Shown here in pieces: positions 1 to 12,281 of a DNA stretch of 56,955 bases (within the stretch, counting starts at the first letter, position 1; each line of letters opens with the position of its first letter). Under the pieces are notes generated by a model that did not search any database, was not told the origin of the DNA, and was given only the letters and a program-made list of their open reading frames with translations. Position numbers and translations under genes: made by a program. This stretch comes from Chromera velia (lineage: Eukaryota), in assembly GCA_018398765.1 (NCBI GenBank), contig JAHBMJ010000129.1, forward strand, positions 1-56,955, read 5' to 3'.

Positions 1-6
1 AGAGGG

Positions 7-790
7 GTGAGACCACTCGTAAACCCCATCCCCGACGCCGCTCGGAAGCAGGCAGACACCTCCCTCCCTCTGAACAAAAAAGAGACCAAAGCATTCCAAC
101 AGAGCCTGGGTGAACTGTCTTATCTCGCTTCCTTCACACGTCCAGATCTGGCGTATGGAACAAGTCACATGGCTCAGTGGAATGCTGCACCTACCGTGAA
201 TGCATTTGCATGGCTGCAACGTCTCGTCTCTTGGGCCCGTGCTCACTCTCACCGCGGGGTGGCAGTCCCTCGCTCCCCCCGTACACATCCTTTGCATGTT
301 GAATTCCATACTGATGCTTCTTTTGGAACCCCTGCCCACCCCGAACCCCAAATTGGATGGGTGCTGACCATCTGTGGATGCCCTCTTGCATGGAAGTCCA
401 TCAAGCCAAAGAAGGTAGCAAAATCCACAATGGATGCGGAGTTCCTGGCCGCAGAGAATGGAGTCGAATTTTTGTCTTCTCTCCTCCTTTTCTTTGCAAA
501 GCTGTGGCCGACAGTCCATCGCACCCTCTGGTCAGACAGCCATGACCTTGTGTCTCTTGTAGGTCAGCCGAGTGGTTCCGGAGCGAAGGCGACTCAGCCG
601 TCTCTCGCTGCAGAGATCGATGACCTGCGAGAAAGGGAGAAAGTGCACACTTCAATGGTTAATATCCTGTAGCATGCAGTGCATCAGGATGTTCAAGAGA
701 AGTTCATCGCTCTCGAACATATCTCAACTGTACGCAATCTAGCAGACCCCCTGACAAAAGGAAAAAGCACTCACGAGCTGTACCGTTTGT
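7..790 (+). pseudogene. Ty1/copia pol C-terminal remnant (end of RT + RNase H)
   Basis: Motifs FQQSLGELSYLASFTRPDLAY, FHTDASFG, LAWKS, VAKSTMDAEFLAA and HISTVRNLADPLTK are typical copia RT-end/RNase H. In-frame TAG at 670-672, and the same frame resumes at 679. Confidence 0.9.
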
Positions 791-3700
791 TAGAGCAGAA
801 AGGAAGAGAAGCAAGGCAGGCAGCGACTCGCCCTCCCCCTGACCCTCAGAGAAGACCGATCCTTCTCAACCCAGACCTCCAGAGAGAGGTGTCAGTGTTC
901 TTTGAAAACGTGAATCAGGCTCGAGTCGCTTTCTCACAATTTTTTCCTTATTTCACCCTCATCTGCCCTACCCGGTCTCTTCGTGATGCATCTGTCACTC
1001 CCCTCTCTGCCCTTCACTTTCGTACACTCTCTCTTGCATTGGCTTGTTCTGCTTGCAATCAGTTAGAACATGCCTCTGACACCTGCCTGGATGTCGAGGC
1101 AGAATGCAAGGGAAGAAAGGAACTCTACCTGGAGCATGCGGGACGTACCGGCAGGGGGTGCACGTTCTGTGCTGCGATTAGTTTTTTCAGCAAGGGCCAT
1201 CGAGCTGCAGAACACGAGGTCGATCAGTGGATGCCGCCCACCACACCGGCTCCTGTCACCTCCATTGAGTGCCTGCTGAAGCCTCAAGTCCTATAGCGTG
1301 CACCCTTTGAGATCTGTATGAATGCATGAATGCATAGATAACTTTTTCTCTTCTTTTCTTTTCTTTCTTCTTTATTACATTTAATGACTTTTCTCTCTCC
1401 TCATCTTTGCTTGACAACAATGACCAGGCCTGGTAGTACCACAATGAACATAAATGTTCATCTCTTCCTGCTCCACTTTTTTCGATTATGAACACTTGCC
1501 CACTGTTTTCTCTTTTTTCTTCATTTTGTTTACTCAGCATGTCTGCTTGTCCCGAGTCCAACCTTCTCCTCTCCCTGATATGACTCGTAAAGTGAAGGAG
1601 GGGAGCCTGAAAAAGCATTTGGGCTTGAGAAGAAAAATCAATGAAGTGAAGGAGGGGTGCCTCCTGAAAGAAAGCATGAGGAAACCAATGGATAGTGACC
1701 CAATCTGGGATACTAAATGAGTAAGACAGTCCGAAAGTGAAGGAGGGGAGGCATGATTGAGATAGCCCCCCACTAGAGAAATATACAGGAAAAAGAAAAA
1801 AGGACGACTGCCGAGCATCGAGAGGTGAAGGGTGTAGGACGCCTTATCCTTTACTTTATTAATCCGAGAGCTCGCTCCTCCCTAATTCACCTGCATGTCC
1901 TTTTCTCTCTTCTCGGTCTCTCTCATTTTTTTGTTTTTCCCTCTTTCTTCTTTTCCCACTGTTCATCTCTGTCTATCTCTCTATCTCATGATACATTTCT
2001 TCCAAACCTTATATATCCATGCATTCCTCTTTGTTTGTCTTTGTGTGAAAGAGGGACATTCAGGCTATGGGCGCGCCCAGCACGCAGGTCTGTCTTCTCA
2101 AACACACTGATGGATGAATGAATGAATGAATAAACGAATGAATGAATGTCAATTAATCAATATTCAAAGAAGAAACAAAGCAAAAACGGAAATAAAGAGA
2201 AACTTTCACAGTACGCACTCATGAGAGACGCACCATGAAAAAGAACGAAGTAGAGATTGAGCTCAGGAGGTGCACACCCCGTCACTCGTGAGTCATCAAG
2301 GCCCTTGAATCATCTCTTTCTCTCTTCTCCTCGCCTGCAAGCACCAGCAGAGATAAGTAATGAATGATGAAGGTGGTCGGTCATTTGGCTGGTCAAGAAT
2401 TTTGTTTTTTTTTCTCGGTTTTTTCTTTCCCAGAGTCCAACCTCGATAGCTGACTGCAAACAGTCAAAAACAAGAAACAACTATAAGACCCCCCACCAGA
2501 GTCCATGTCAAAGCACCAGGTGTTCCCCCACCAATCGTGCGAGACTCCACCGCAGCAGCGATTTATCTGACTTTGTCGAGAGTGGACTCGAAGATGGAAA
2601 GCCGAAAAGAAACGGATTCACCATCGGATTCTTTCTGCACTTTGATCTGTTTGGTGCTTGTTTGTTGAGGTTTGTTGTTTTCTTCCTTTTTTGTCTTTCG
2701 AAGAAATTGAGCAGTCCAAAAGAAAGAGCGAGAGAAACCAATTGATTCATAACCTAACTGTCCGATCAACTCCTTTGACACTCACCTTCCTTCGAGGCAC
2801 GTAAGTGGTTGGAAAGAAAGGGAGTCATCCGTGTCCGTAGACATTGCCCGTTGCAAATCGGATGCCAGCCTGCATAGCAATATTGCAGCACAGAAAAGAC
2901 AGTCCTTGAAAGAAGAATTGAAGTCTTTTGCGTGTGTCTCTTTCACTTTTGCTCTTTTTGTTCTTCAATCTTTGCGTCTGGCTCCTCTCTTGTTCCTTCA
3001 TTTCACACCGTTCTCTCTTGAGGTTGACTTGAAGGTTGTGAGTGATCGCTGACTTGACTTCCCTTCACACCCACCACCACCGCTTTCCCTCTTCTTTTTT
3101 ATCAAGTCTGCACTCCCTCCAGATCTGAAAGCAACCAAAAGAAAGAGTCCTTAACTTCGTCTCCCCTTTCGCTTCTATTTGTGTCCTCCTTTTTCCACCT
3201 TGAGTGACCAGACCGACCGTGATTCATAATAACATTGTGCGTCAATGCATGCAAGAAAGAGAAACATACTGACTGCGAAAAGAAAGACCTGCCCATGCAC
3301 CCACACATCAATCCACAATTCACAACTCTCTCTTGTTCCACCCACTTTCCTCCCAAAGGTATCTCAGCATCATGAGCAGAGAAATGGAAACAGACGGACC
3401 TGATCTTTGGTTGATAAGGAAAGAGAGAAGGTGATGGCAAGGTGGCGATTCGGCTTACCGTCTCCTCAACCTCCTTACTTGCCTTCCTATCTCTCCATTC
3501 ATCACCCAAGCTCCTCTTAGCCCTTCCTTTGTTTTTCTTCCGATGCAGGGTAGCTACTGGAAAGTGAAGTTGGCAAGGAATTTGAAGAAGAAATGAGAAG
3601 AGACGGGGTAGGGATAAAAGAGCATGCTTGGTCCTACTCTTCCTCCCTCTTTCACCGCTCTCTTCTTTTCATACTTCCCTCTACCCACAACCAACACATC

Positions 3701-4028
3701 CAACACTGCCTCCTATGCTCATCAAAGGGATGACATACTGACACATGCTGTGTGTGAGGGACAAGACTTTTGGGAGAAAATTCAGTCCGTCTACGTGGGT
3801 AGAAAAAGAGAGAGGCACGTGCATGCATGCATGGCAGCCAGAACAAATCGCGCGATATGCGCACGCGAGATGTATACAGATGCTTTGCAGGACTTCATCA
3901 ACGAGCTCCACAAGCAAATTTCCGAGGCCAGGCGATTCCAAAGACTGTGTGGCGGGCCTCAATCCAACAAGCTCGGGATGCATAGATTCCTCGCCCGTAT
4001 GATCCCACCAAAAGTGAATGGAGGGGAA

Positions 4029-4441
4029 TGAAAATATCATGCGCCGCCACCACCTGGGACTTTTAGGCGGAGTGAGCCCGGGAACTTGCAGGGGCGGCGC
4101 CATCTCTGGTATGGACGTCTCTAGGGACCGGGACCGACCGGGACGCAGCGCTACATGTAATGCAGACAGACGGGACCACTCCAATCGGATTCAAGGCTGG
4201 CGCGCGGTGTTTGGCAATCGGATTTCAACCGTCCGAAATTCATTTCCTTCTAGCTCGATGGATCAAATTGAGACTTCCAGCAGTTCAATGGATCACCCTA
4301 AGTTTGACATTCTTTCCTTCTATGTATAAACCTTTAAAAGTTTGTGTCAAGTGTCTGTCTGTCCATCTGTCCATCTGTGTGGAGAGGAAACGTCTCTCTA
4401 CGGTAGGTAATTATCTAGATCACCTCTACCTATAAACAACA
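4029..4441 (+). repeat. Possible 3' LTR of the left-edge copia element
   Basis: A purine tract (aaaagtgaatggaggggaa) directly precedes TGAAA and the segment ends CAACA, the same termini as the copia LTR at 55686. The partner LTR is not in the window, so this is unverified. Confidence 0.3.
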
Positions 4442-4790
4442 TTAGATCCCTATTGATTTTGCCCTATAAAAGGTTTTATGACGCGCGCTGTACACGCGAA
4501 AACGACGCAAAAAAAACGTAATTTTATGGCGGCATGCATAACAAAAACCTCAATCATCTAATTTATGGACCAACAGCCCAGCTAGAACCTGTCTCTGCAC
4601 GGTCTTTATGAAGGTGGGCGTCTGATAGCGTCTGACGCCTACGGAAAATCACAGTGATTAAAAAAAATTTGGTCCAGAAGAGAAAACCAGTAGATCGAGA
4701 ATTTTTTTAAGATTAATAAGTCATATGAGATAGAGTTTATCTCTCAGCATTGTTATCATATGTAAAAGCATAAAGCCTACTGATATATAC

Positions 4791-5286
4791 TGTTAAGCAT
4801 ACGTAGGGCTAGCGTATAGGACTATAACTTCTACTTACGTGTATCTACGCAAAGGCCTGTTCGTCTGGTCATTCATCTTTTAACTCCTTCTAGAGAGATT
4901 TCAGGTTGGCTACTCAGAACAGATACGATCGGTCAGTCAGACTGCATTCGTGTACGCGTTGTACATGTAGTATGGTATTCATCTGTATCAGTCCACTTAA
5001 ATACATGTCACCTCTGTATTTGCTGTGTCCATCTTTCTGACGTCTGTTCTGTCTCTGTATCATTCCGTTTTGTATGAACTCACTTCTGTGATATTTCTTT
5101 TTCCATGTATTCATGCATGCATTGTAAACTGCATGAGCGCTCTGCATATGCGCGCGGTGCTTATTGCCTGACCCCGCCTTGCGCTTTCTTTATCGCTCGG
5201 CGTGCGCGCATGAATTCTTTCTAGTCCCGCCTCGCACTTTCTTTATCGCTCGGCGTGCGCGCATGAATTCTTTCTGGTCCCCAACA
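4791..5286 (-). repeat. 3' LTR of element 1
   Basis: Direct repeat of 11225-11720 (21 substitutions by manual alignment, no indels). Contains a 53-bp tandem duplication at ~5173-5281. Confidence 0.97.
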
Positions 5287-5300
5287 ACCACTCCCCCCCT
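5287..5300 (-). promoter_or_regulatory. Polypurine tract of element 1
   Basis: Minus strand reads AGGGGGGAGTGGT directly abutting the 3' LTR. Confidence 0.85.
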
Positions 5301-5413
5301 TAACTCTGCTCGTCCCTGAGCAGAACGCAAAAAGGAAAGAATGGAAACGACCTAAGCATCAGTGTATGCAAATCAGCGCAATCATTACAAGGTTCCGGAA
5401 GCATGAAAATCAT

Positions 5414-8400
5414 TCAACTCAGTCCCATCAAAACCTTTTCTTTCTCTCTTTCGAATTCTTGAACCATCTCAGGCAAGTCAATCTCTTCCTCTGATAACCA
5501 GACAAACGTTCCGTCATCGAACGAGACTCGGTACGTTTCCTTGCCGTCTCGAATTCCACTCGCAGAGATATGGACTGGCGAAGGGCCCTTCCGTCGGGCT
5601 TCCCGCTTCCACCCCTCCACTGCCTGAGCAGGTACTTCTAACTCATCTCCCAGTCCCAACTCATCCAACAAATCCTCCAACTCCGGATCTTCTGCCAATC
5701 GAAAGTCCGATCGAGGAGTGCCTGGTAGAATGATCGCTCCTTCTTTTTCAGACGATCTTCTCGTCTCCGCAGCTGCTCTCTTCTCCTCCTGGTGTCTCTC
5801 TTCCCTCGGCAGTGCAGAGTCTTCCTCTGCCTCACTCTCCTCACTCTTTTCACTCTCTTCCTTCTCTCCATCTTTTGGCTCCCACAATCGCAATCTATCT
5901 GAACTCACCACGTCCCTCTTCTTTCCTCCTAGGGGCCTGATCACGGTCACATGTGGTCTGTTCCTCGGTGTCCCCACGACCATATAGGTTCCTTCTGCTC
6001 TCGCCTCGAAGGCGGGTTGCTTCCCCATCGGATTGGGAGGTCTGCGCAGGAACACACGGTCTCCTAGACGGAATCTTCGCGTCATCGGAGGGGGATTACG
6101 CCTTTCCCTTGCTTGCCTCTCTTTTTCTGCTCTTATGACTGCTCTGTCAATCTTCTGCACACGTTCTTGTCGAATGAATCCATAGTAGTCGTCATAACAG
6201 ACAGGCGGAGACCTCGCTCCCTCAGGCAGTGGTTGCACACGCAACATTGACTGCGGTGTGTGAGCAAACAACAATTCAAAGGCCCGGGAGAGAGACCTGT
6301 CTCGGCATGGGAAGCAGTGCGGTATGCTGTGTTGTACGGCTGGAGATAGAGATCCCAATCCCCTTTCTCTTGATTTAGCTGCTTCCCCACTCCCTCAGCC
6401 CATGAACGATTGAATTGCTCAGGGATGCCGTTCGCCTGTGGATGATACCCTGTTGTAGTGTAGTGACGGACCTTCATGAGGGTAAAGAGCTCCCTCACAA
6501 TCTCGCTAAGGAAGTTCGTCCCCCTGTCCGACACCAAATCCTTGATAAAACCATACCTGCAGATGATCTCCTCGAAAAGAATCTTTGCAACAACCCATAC
6601 GGGGACCTCTGGCAAGGCAAAGGTCTCTGGCCATCGTGTGAGGGCACACGTGATGACAAGGACAAATCGGTTGCCTCTACGGGAGGTAGGCAAAGGACCT
6701 TTCACGTCAATGCCGACCTTCTGGAAGGGTCGAGTGGGGACGGGAACGGTCTGTGGGTTGTGTTGCGGTGCTTGTGCTCTTCTCTCCTAACAGGGACGGC
6801 ACTTGTAGACCCAGCTGCGCACATCCTTACGCAGACCTGGCCACCAGAATTCGGTGAGAAGCCGAGCTGTCAGCTTCTTTGTTGCTGCGTGTCCTGCTAT
6901 GGAGTGATTATGGTGCATCACCAGCACCGTCTCTCTCAAATGGGCAGGGACATACAACTGCTCAGACTTACCTGAAAACCTGTAGAGCAAGCCATCCCTC
7001 AACTCGAACAAAGACTCCTATGCTAGCACCGTCCGTCGGCGCTGAAGATCCTCCGGAAGAGACTCCTTCTGCAGATACTCAAACACATCTTTCACCTCCA
7101 CCTCTGTTGGCTCTGAACGTCGCACCTTCTCTAGGAAAGGAACGATTGCTTATGTGGGTACAGACTCGGCTTTGATTACCTTCACTCCTGTCACTGCTGC
7201 ATCAAATCCTGATCTGAGGGGAGTGCTTCCATCAGAAGGAAGGAAACAGTGCTGACAGAGGGGAGCGCCTGTGTCTGTTAAATGCTCTACCTGTCTGGGG
7301 ATAGGCAGACGGGAAACAGCATCTGCATCGGTGTAGGACTTCCCCTCCTTATGCAAAAAGTGCAATCCATACTCCTGCAATTCGAGAGCCTATTTCTTGA
7401 TTCTTTTATTCGTCAACTTGTTCTCCTGCATTGCTAGATTCGGTTTGTGATCGGTCTGGATCATCTGCAAGAAAACGGAACTGCCAAGCAGGTAGTGTCG
7501 CCACTGCCTGCAGCAAAACACATTTGCCAGAGCCTCTCGCTCTGGAGCTCCATAATTCAGCTCCGCCCCCTGTAACCCCCTGCTTGCATATGTGATCACA
7601 CTCTCCTTCCCGTCCTTGATTTGTACCAAAACACCCCTAATCGAAATGTTGCAAGCATCCGGTTTCACAATAAATGGGGTATGCATGTCAGGGAAGGAAA
7701 GGATAGGTGGCTCAGTGAGACGGTTGCGGAGCTCCCGCAAAGCTTCATCTGCTGCGGCTGTCTAGACAAAGGGAAGGGGCTGCTTGTTCTCATCAAAGGG
7801 ACGCAACAGTTGATTCAGCGGATGGGCAATCCGCGCAAACCCCTCCACAAAAGTTCGGTAGTAGTTGCACAAGTAAACGAATGTGCGAAGGCTCGGACGG
7901 TCGGTCGGGGTTGGCCAGTTCTTTACCTTCTCCGTGTTCTTTTGACTTGGACGGACTCCACGAGCGGATACGGTGTGACCTAGGTACTCCACCTGTGCCT
8001 TTCCAATCTGTGCCTTTTCGAGGCAGAGCTTCAGACCGGCGGCATGAACAAGGGTGAAGACCTTACGGAGGTCCTGCAAGTGCTTGGCGTGACTGCGAGA
8101 GAAGATGATCACATCATCGACGTAGACAAGTGCTATCTCTCGTGGGAGCGATACGAGGACGAGCGTCATTGTTTGTTGGAAAAAGGTGGGTGCGTTGACT
8201 AAACCAAAGGGCATACGAAGAACTTCAAACAGCCCAAACGGAGTGATGAAGGCTGTCTTCTCCCTGTCCTCTTCCTTCAAGGAAAGCTGATGGAAGCCCG
8301 AGGTGTAGTCAAGTGTAGAGAACACTAACGAGCCGGCAAGCTTGTCAAGTATTTCCTGGATGCGTGAGAGTGGAAAGAGATCCCGCTTGGTAGCTGCGTT

Positions 8401-9942
8401 GAGTCGTCGAAAGTCGAGGCAGAATCGGGTCGAGCCGTCAGGTTTCTTGACAAGAACGACCGGAGCTGCCCATGGAGAATGCGAGGGTTGAATGATCCCT
8501 GCACTCTGCATTGCATCCAATTCTTTCTTCACATCCTCTTGCTGGTAATAGGGGATTCGGTCCTGCTGCCATCTGATGGGAACGCTCGTCTCTGTGGGGA
8601 TAGTCACTTCATATGGCTTCCTCCCCACCTTCAATTCTCCCAAATCAAAACGTCCCCGTGACCACAGGTCTCCAAATTCCCCCAACAAACCCACATACTC
8701 CGCCTTCATCTCCTGTGGGACATCTGAGATGACATTCTCCAAATCGATCGGAGGAAGGTCCTTTGAAGACTCCGTAGGCACGTCTGCCTTTGGAGGAGTC
8801 TGCAAGCGAGAAAAGAAAGGGGAGCGAAGCAAGGGATGCGTATCTGCACTCTGTGCATTCAAAAAAGTAGGTAGAACGACTGACCGAGAGTGTGTCGGGG
8901 CCTGCTCCCCGGACCGCACTTCCAGCGGTTTTCTCGAGGACATGCGATCACATCTCTCCAGTTTCTTGGCCGTTTGAGTCGTCTCCATGCTCCACGGTCC
9001 TGCGTCCTATTTTTCTGCTGTCACAGCAGTCACCGCCGCAATGTGAGAGGGCGGCTCTGCAAAGGACAGTGCTGTCTTCGAGCCGACTATGATTTTGGAA
9101 CGGGAAATGTTTGTAACCTCAATGACTACGATGCCTCCCTGCACGGTAGTTAGCTGAGCAGGAACAGCTAGACCAGGATGGCTACGGGGGAAGTTCTTTC
9201 GGATAAGGACTTCCGAACCATCCGGGGCATCGACAGACACTTGAAGGAGGGAGCGGTGCCATCGGGGCACACACGTCCTCTTTGCGGCACACACCTTCGT
9301 CGATTTCAGACCATCATCATACCAGACCTCAAAGGGAGGAAGGTCTCCCATATATAGCTTTTCCCCCCCAAAAAATTCAAAAGAAACATCAGATCGGGAT
9401 CGAAGAAAATCCATCCCAAGAACCACATCGTACTCTGAATTCTCCGTCACCAGTACTGGGTGCTTGAAAATTTTCTCGGGTGCAGACTCATGCGAAAACT
9501 CTGCACACGTCTCTCCCACTACCGGAATTCCATTGTTCCCTAACGCACTCAAACCAACACTCGCCGTCTGCATTTCATGCTCTGCAGATGCGAGAAAAGA
9601 GATGCTGATCATACTGGTCTATGCACCTGAATCCAACAGTGCAGATGCCTTTCGGCCAAAAAGAAACAAACTCACCCAAGGGCGGGCTGCTACCTCAACT
9701 GTGGCTGCAGCATCTGGCATCTTTGGGGAAGGGAGGACAGACGACCTCCCGGCAGCAGCAAACGAATTCGGGTCATCAGCAGCAACGCCACGAGAAGTAG
9801 GGACATCTCGCGACTTCTGCGAAAGCCTGCTAAAATTATGGTCCTCCTCTCGAACAATTGCAGGCACACAGGGAGGAGGCAACTTCTGATCACTCACGGA
9901 GGACAGGCCTGCCTCTAGGCCCGTCCCCCTCTCCCGTTTCCC
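5414..9942 (-). pseudogene. Element 1 pol (protease, RT, RNase H, integrase, C-terminal chromo-like domain)
   Basis: ALLDSGA protease; [26 protein letters not shown] and YVDD RT; DAC...EREALA RNase H; H-H-C-C integrase finger; SDRGTNF and YHPQANG core; ETYRVSFDDGTFVWLSEEEI chromo-like tail. Broken by in-frame TAG/TAA stops (9619, 9007, 7762, 7390, 7150, 6787) and a frameshift near 6300. Confidence 0.93.
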
Positions 9943-11168
9943 TGATTCCTGCCCCCACTCCCTCGTAGTGCATCGGGGCACTGTGTGATTCGATGCTCTT
10001 TTGAACCATATTGCCTACACCCCACATAATTGGGATGCCCCAGCGTATTCCCTCCGGGGACACTTTGGGAAGACGAAGAGGAAGTTGGGTATCCTCGTCC
10101 TCTCCCCCCTCTCCCTCTCCAGTTCCCTCCACATGCCCCTCCATTGTATCCACGTCCAAACGATGCCGCCACCGACTGCTGTAGGGCAGCCGACGCTTCT
10201 TGGGGGTACTGCGCCTGTCTCTGCAGCGAGTCGACATTTGACTGCAGAGAAAAGATTTGGGCACGCAGTTGCTTGACGTCATCGGCAGACTTCGCAGCTG
10301 GGGCCATCTTGGCAGAGGGATTTGGTCCCTTCTTTTGCTCCTGTTGGTGAAAGAACAGCACTCGAGGGATCAGGTTGGCGTACTCTTTATGGGCAGGCTC
10401 TGTGGTGATTTCTATAGAGAGCGAGGGATAGAGGGTCCCAAGGAAGGGGAGCATACGAGCGTTCATCTCGTACCTGGGTTGAGCAACCCTCATTTTAGCT
10501 TCGAAGACCTTGACATGCGCGTCAAAGTCACCTGTGGGGGAGAGCTTAAGTTGAAACAGCTCATACACTGCCTGCTGGCTCTCAGCTTCGGTGGGCATGA
10601 ATCTGTCCAGGAACGCTTGCTCGAACTCTTCGATGGTGGTGTACTGGTGCGCATTTTTGGCCATCCACTCTCGAACTTCCACTCCCTCCGCATGCCTCTC
10701 AAACAGGACTTTACACTCCTCTACGTTCAGATTCCCGTTCCTCACCTTCTTCATGAAGATGGATATCCAAACCACGGGGTCGTCTTCCCCCTTCTTGAAT
10801 GGCTCCATGACTCTCCGGACGTCGAGAGCCTTAAACTTGGTCATGTCCACATTGGGAGGTGCTTAGGCCTGTCGGTGTTGGCCTGCCTGCTGCTGCTGCT
10901 GCTGTTGCTGATGTTGGGGTGCCTGTGGTACCTGTGGTGCCTGCTGCTGCTGGGCTTGTGCAAGTTGCTGGGTCAGTAGCTGCTGGGCCTGCTGGGCTGC
11001 AGCAAGATCTGCATCTCTCTGCTGCAACTGTGCCTGTAAGGCATCGATCTGTACCTGCAGGGCTGCTGGATCTAGAGGTCCGTCCGACATCTGCTGCTTA
11101 GCTTCCTCCACGTTTGCTGGAAGCGCCGGGTTGAGGTATCTCCGGCCAGAGCGAGTGGCACCCGAAAT
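9915..11168 (-). pseudogene. Element 1 gag
   Basis: Q-rich N-terminus (SGATRSGRRY; start codon appears mutated), capsid-like region, and degenerate knuckle CRQYGSKEHRITQC. In-frame TAA at 10863-10865. Confidence 0.85.
9936..9942 (-). promoter_or_regulatory. Putative -1 ribosomal frameshift slippery site GGGAAAC
   Basis: X XXY YYZ heptamer located in the gag/pol overlap (gag ends 9915; the pol frame is open from 9981). Confidence 0.6.
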
Positions 11169-11206
11169 GGCTGCAAGCAGACACCAATGAGGCCGTTAGA
11201 AAGAAA

Positions 11207-11221
11207 CTGCTCTGCTAACCA
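11207..11221 (-). promoter_or_regulatory. Primer binding site of element 1 (tRNA-iMet-like)
   Basis: Minus strand TGGTTAGCAGAGCAG, 3 nt after the 5' LTR. Resembles the complement of the initiator tRNA-Met 3' end with one extra T. Confidence 0.65.
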
Positions 11222-11224
11222 GTT

Positions 11225-11720
11225 TGTTGAGCATACGTAGGGCTAGCGTATAGGACTATGACTTCTACTTACGTGTATCTACGCAAAGGTCTGTTCATCT
11301 GGTCGTTCATCTTTCAACTTCTTCTAGAGAGATTTCAGGTTGGCTACTCAGAACAGATACGATCGGTCAGTCAGACTGCATTCGTGTACGCGTTGTGCAT
11401 GTAGTATGGTATTTATCTATATCGGTCCACTTAAATGCATGTCACCTCTGTATTTGCTGTGTCCATCTTTCTGACGTCTGTTCTGTCTCTGTGTCATTCC
11501 GTTTTGTGTGAACTCACTTCTGTGGTATTTTTTTTTCCATGTATTCATGCATGCATTGTAAACTGCATGAGCGCTCTGCATGTGCGCGCGGTGCTTATTG
11601 CCTAACCTCACCTTGCGCTTTCTTTATCGCTCGGCGTGCGCGCATGAATTCTTTCTAGTCCCGCCTCGCGCTTTCTTTATCGCTCGGCGTGCGCGCATGA
11701 ATTCTTTCTGGTCCCCAACA
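11225..11720 (-). repeat. 5' LTR of element 1
   Basis: Direct repeat of 4791-5286, followed by TSD TATAC. Confidence 0.97.
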
Positions 11721-12281
11721 TATACTTACATAGCCCACCATGTATGAAACCTAAGTTTAAAATCTAGTAATCATAATTTTATGTATTTTGACCGTGCAAA
11801 ATTCAAGGGCAGAGGCTTATATTCATGGCCTATATATAGGCGGCGCAGAGCTGAAACGCGCCGCCGCCGCCGTCTCCGTGCAACTTCAACAGATCATCGT
11901 GGGCGTCTCCTTCGAAATCTGTCACTGCTATAGTGCTGGTCCAACAATCTGCAGCTAGTGAAAGCAAGTCCCTGTCCCCGATGATGCTCCCGTAAGACAT
12001 GAATACTGCTTGCTAGCGGGTGATATAATATGGATGTGGGTGGCTGGGCATGGTCCCGTGTGCAAAGCTTCTTTGCTGTGCTCCACTCCTCCCATGCACG
12101 TCAATCAATTCGGTTAAATTGAACGAAGTTTTTTGTTTTGGAGCGCTTGCAGATCTCCATGGCTGCAAAAAAGCTCGGCAGGGGTTGATTTTATTGGTGT
12201 TCTCATTTGGCTCAGAGTGTCAGCTTCAGAAAGTCTGCCGATTGGAACAGTGACCTGAGCCGGAAAACGAGACGGAGAACG

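Larger units (their letters stand above)
4791..11720 (-). mobile_element. Full-length Ty3/gypsy LTR retrotransposon (decayed), element 1
   Basis: 496-bp TG...CA LTRs at 4791-5286 and 11225-11720. Perfect TATAC TSD at 4786-4790 and 11721-11725. Domain order gag-PR-RT-RH-IN on the minus strand. Confidence 0.97.

Noticed and set aside
10257..10979. 240-aa plus-strand ORF
   Set aside because: Antisense shadow of element 1 gag.
11830..12000. TATA-like box and 56-codon minus-strand ORF upstream of TTI1
   Set aside because: No recognisable homology or RNA-gene structure; support is insufficient.
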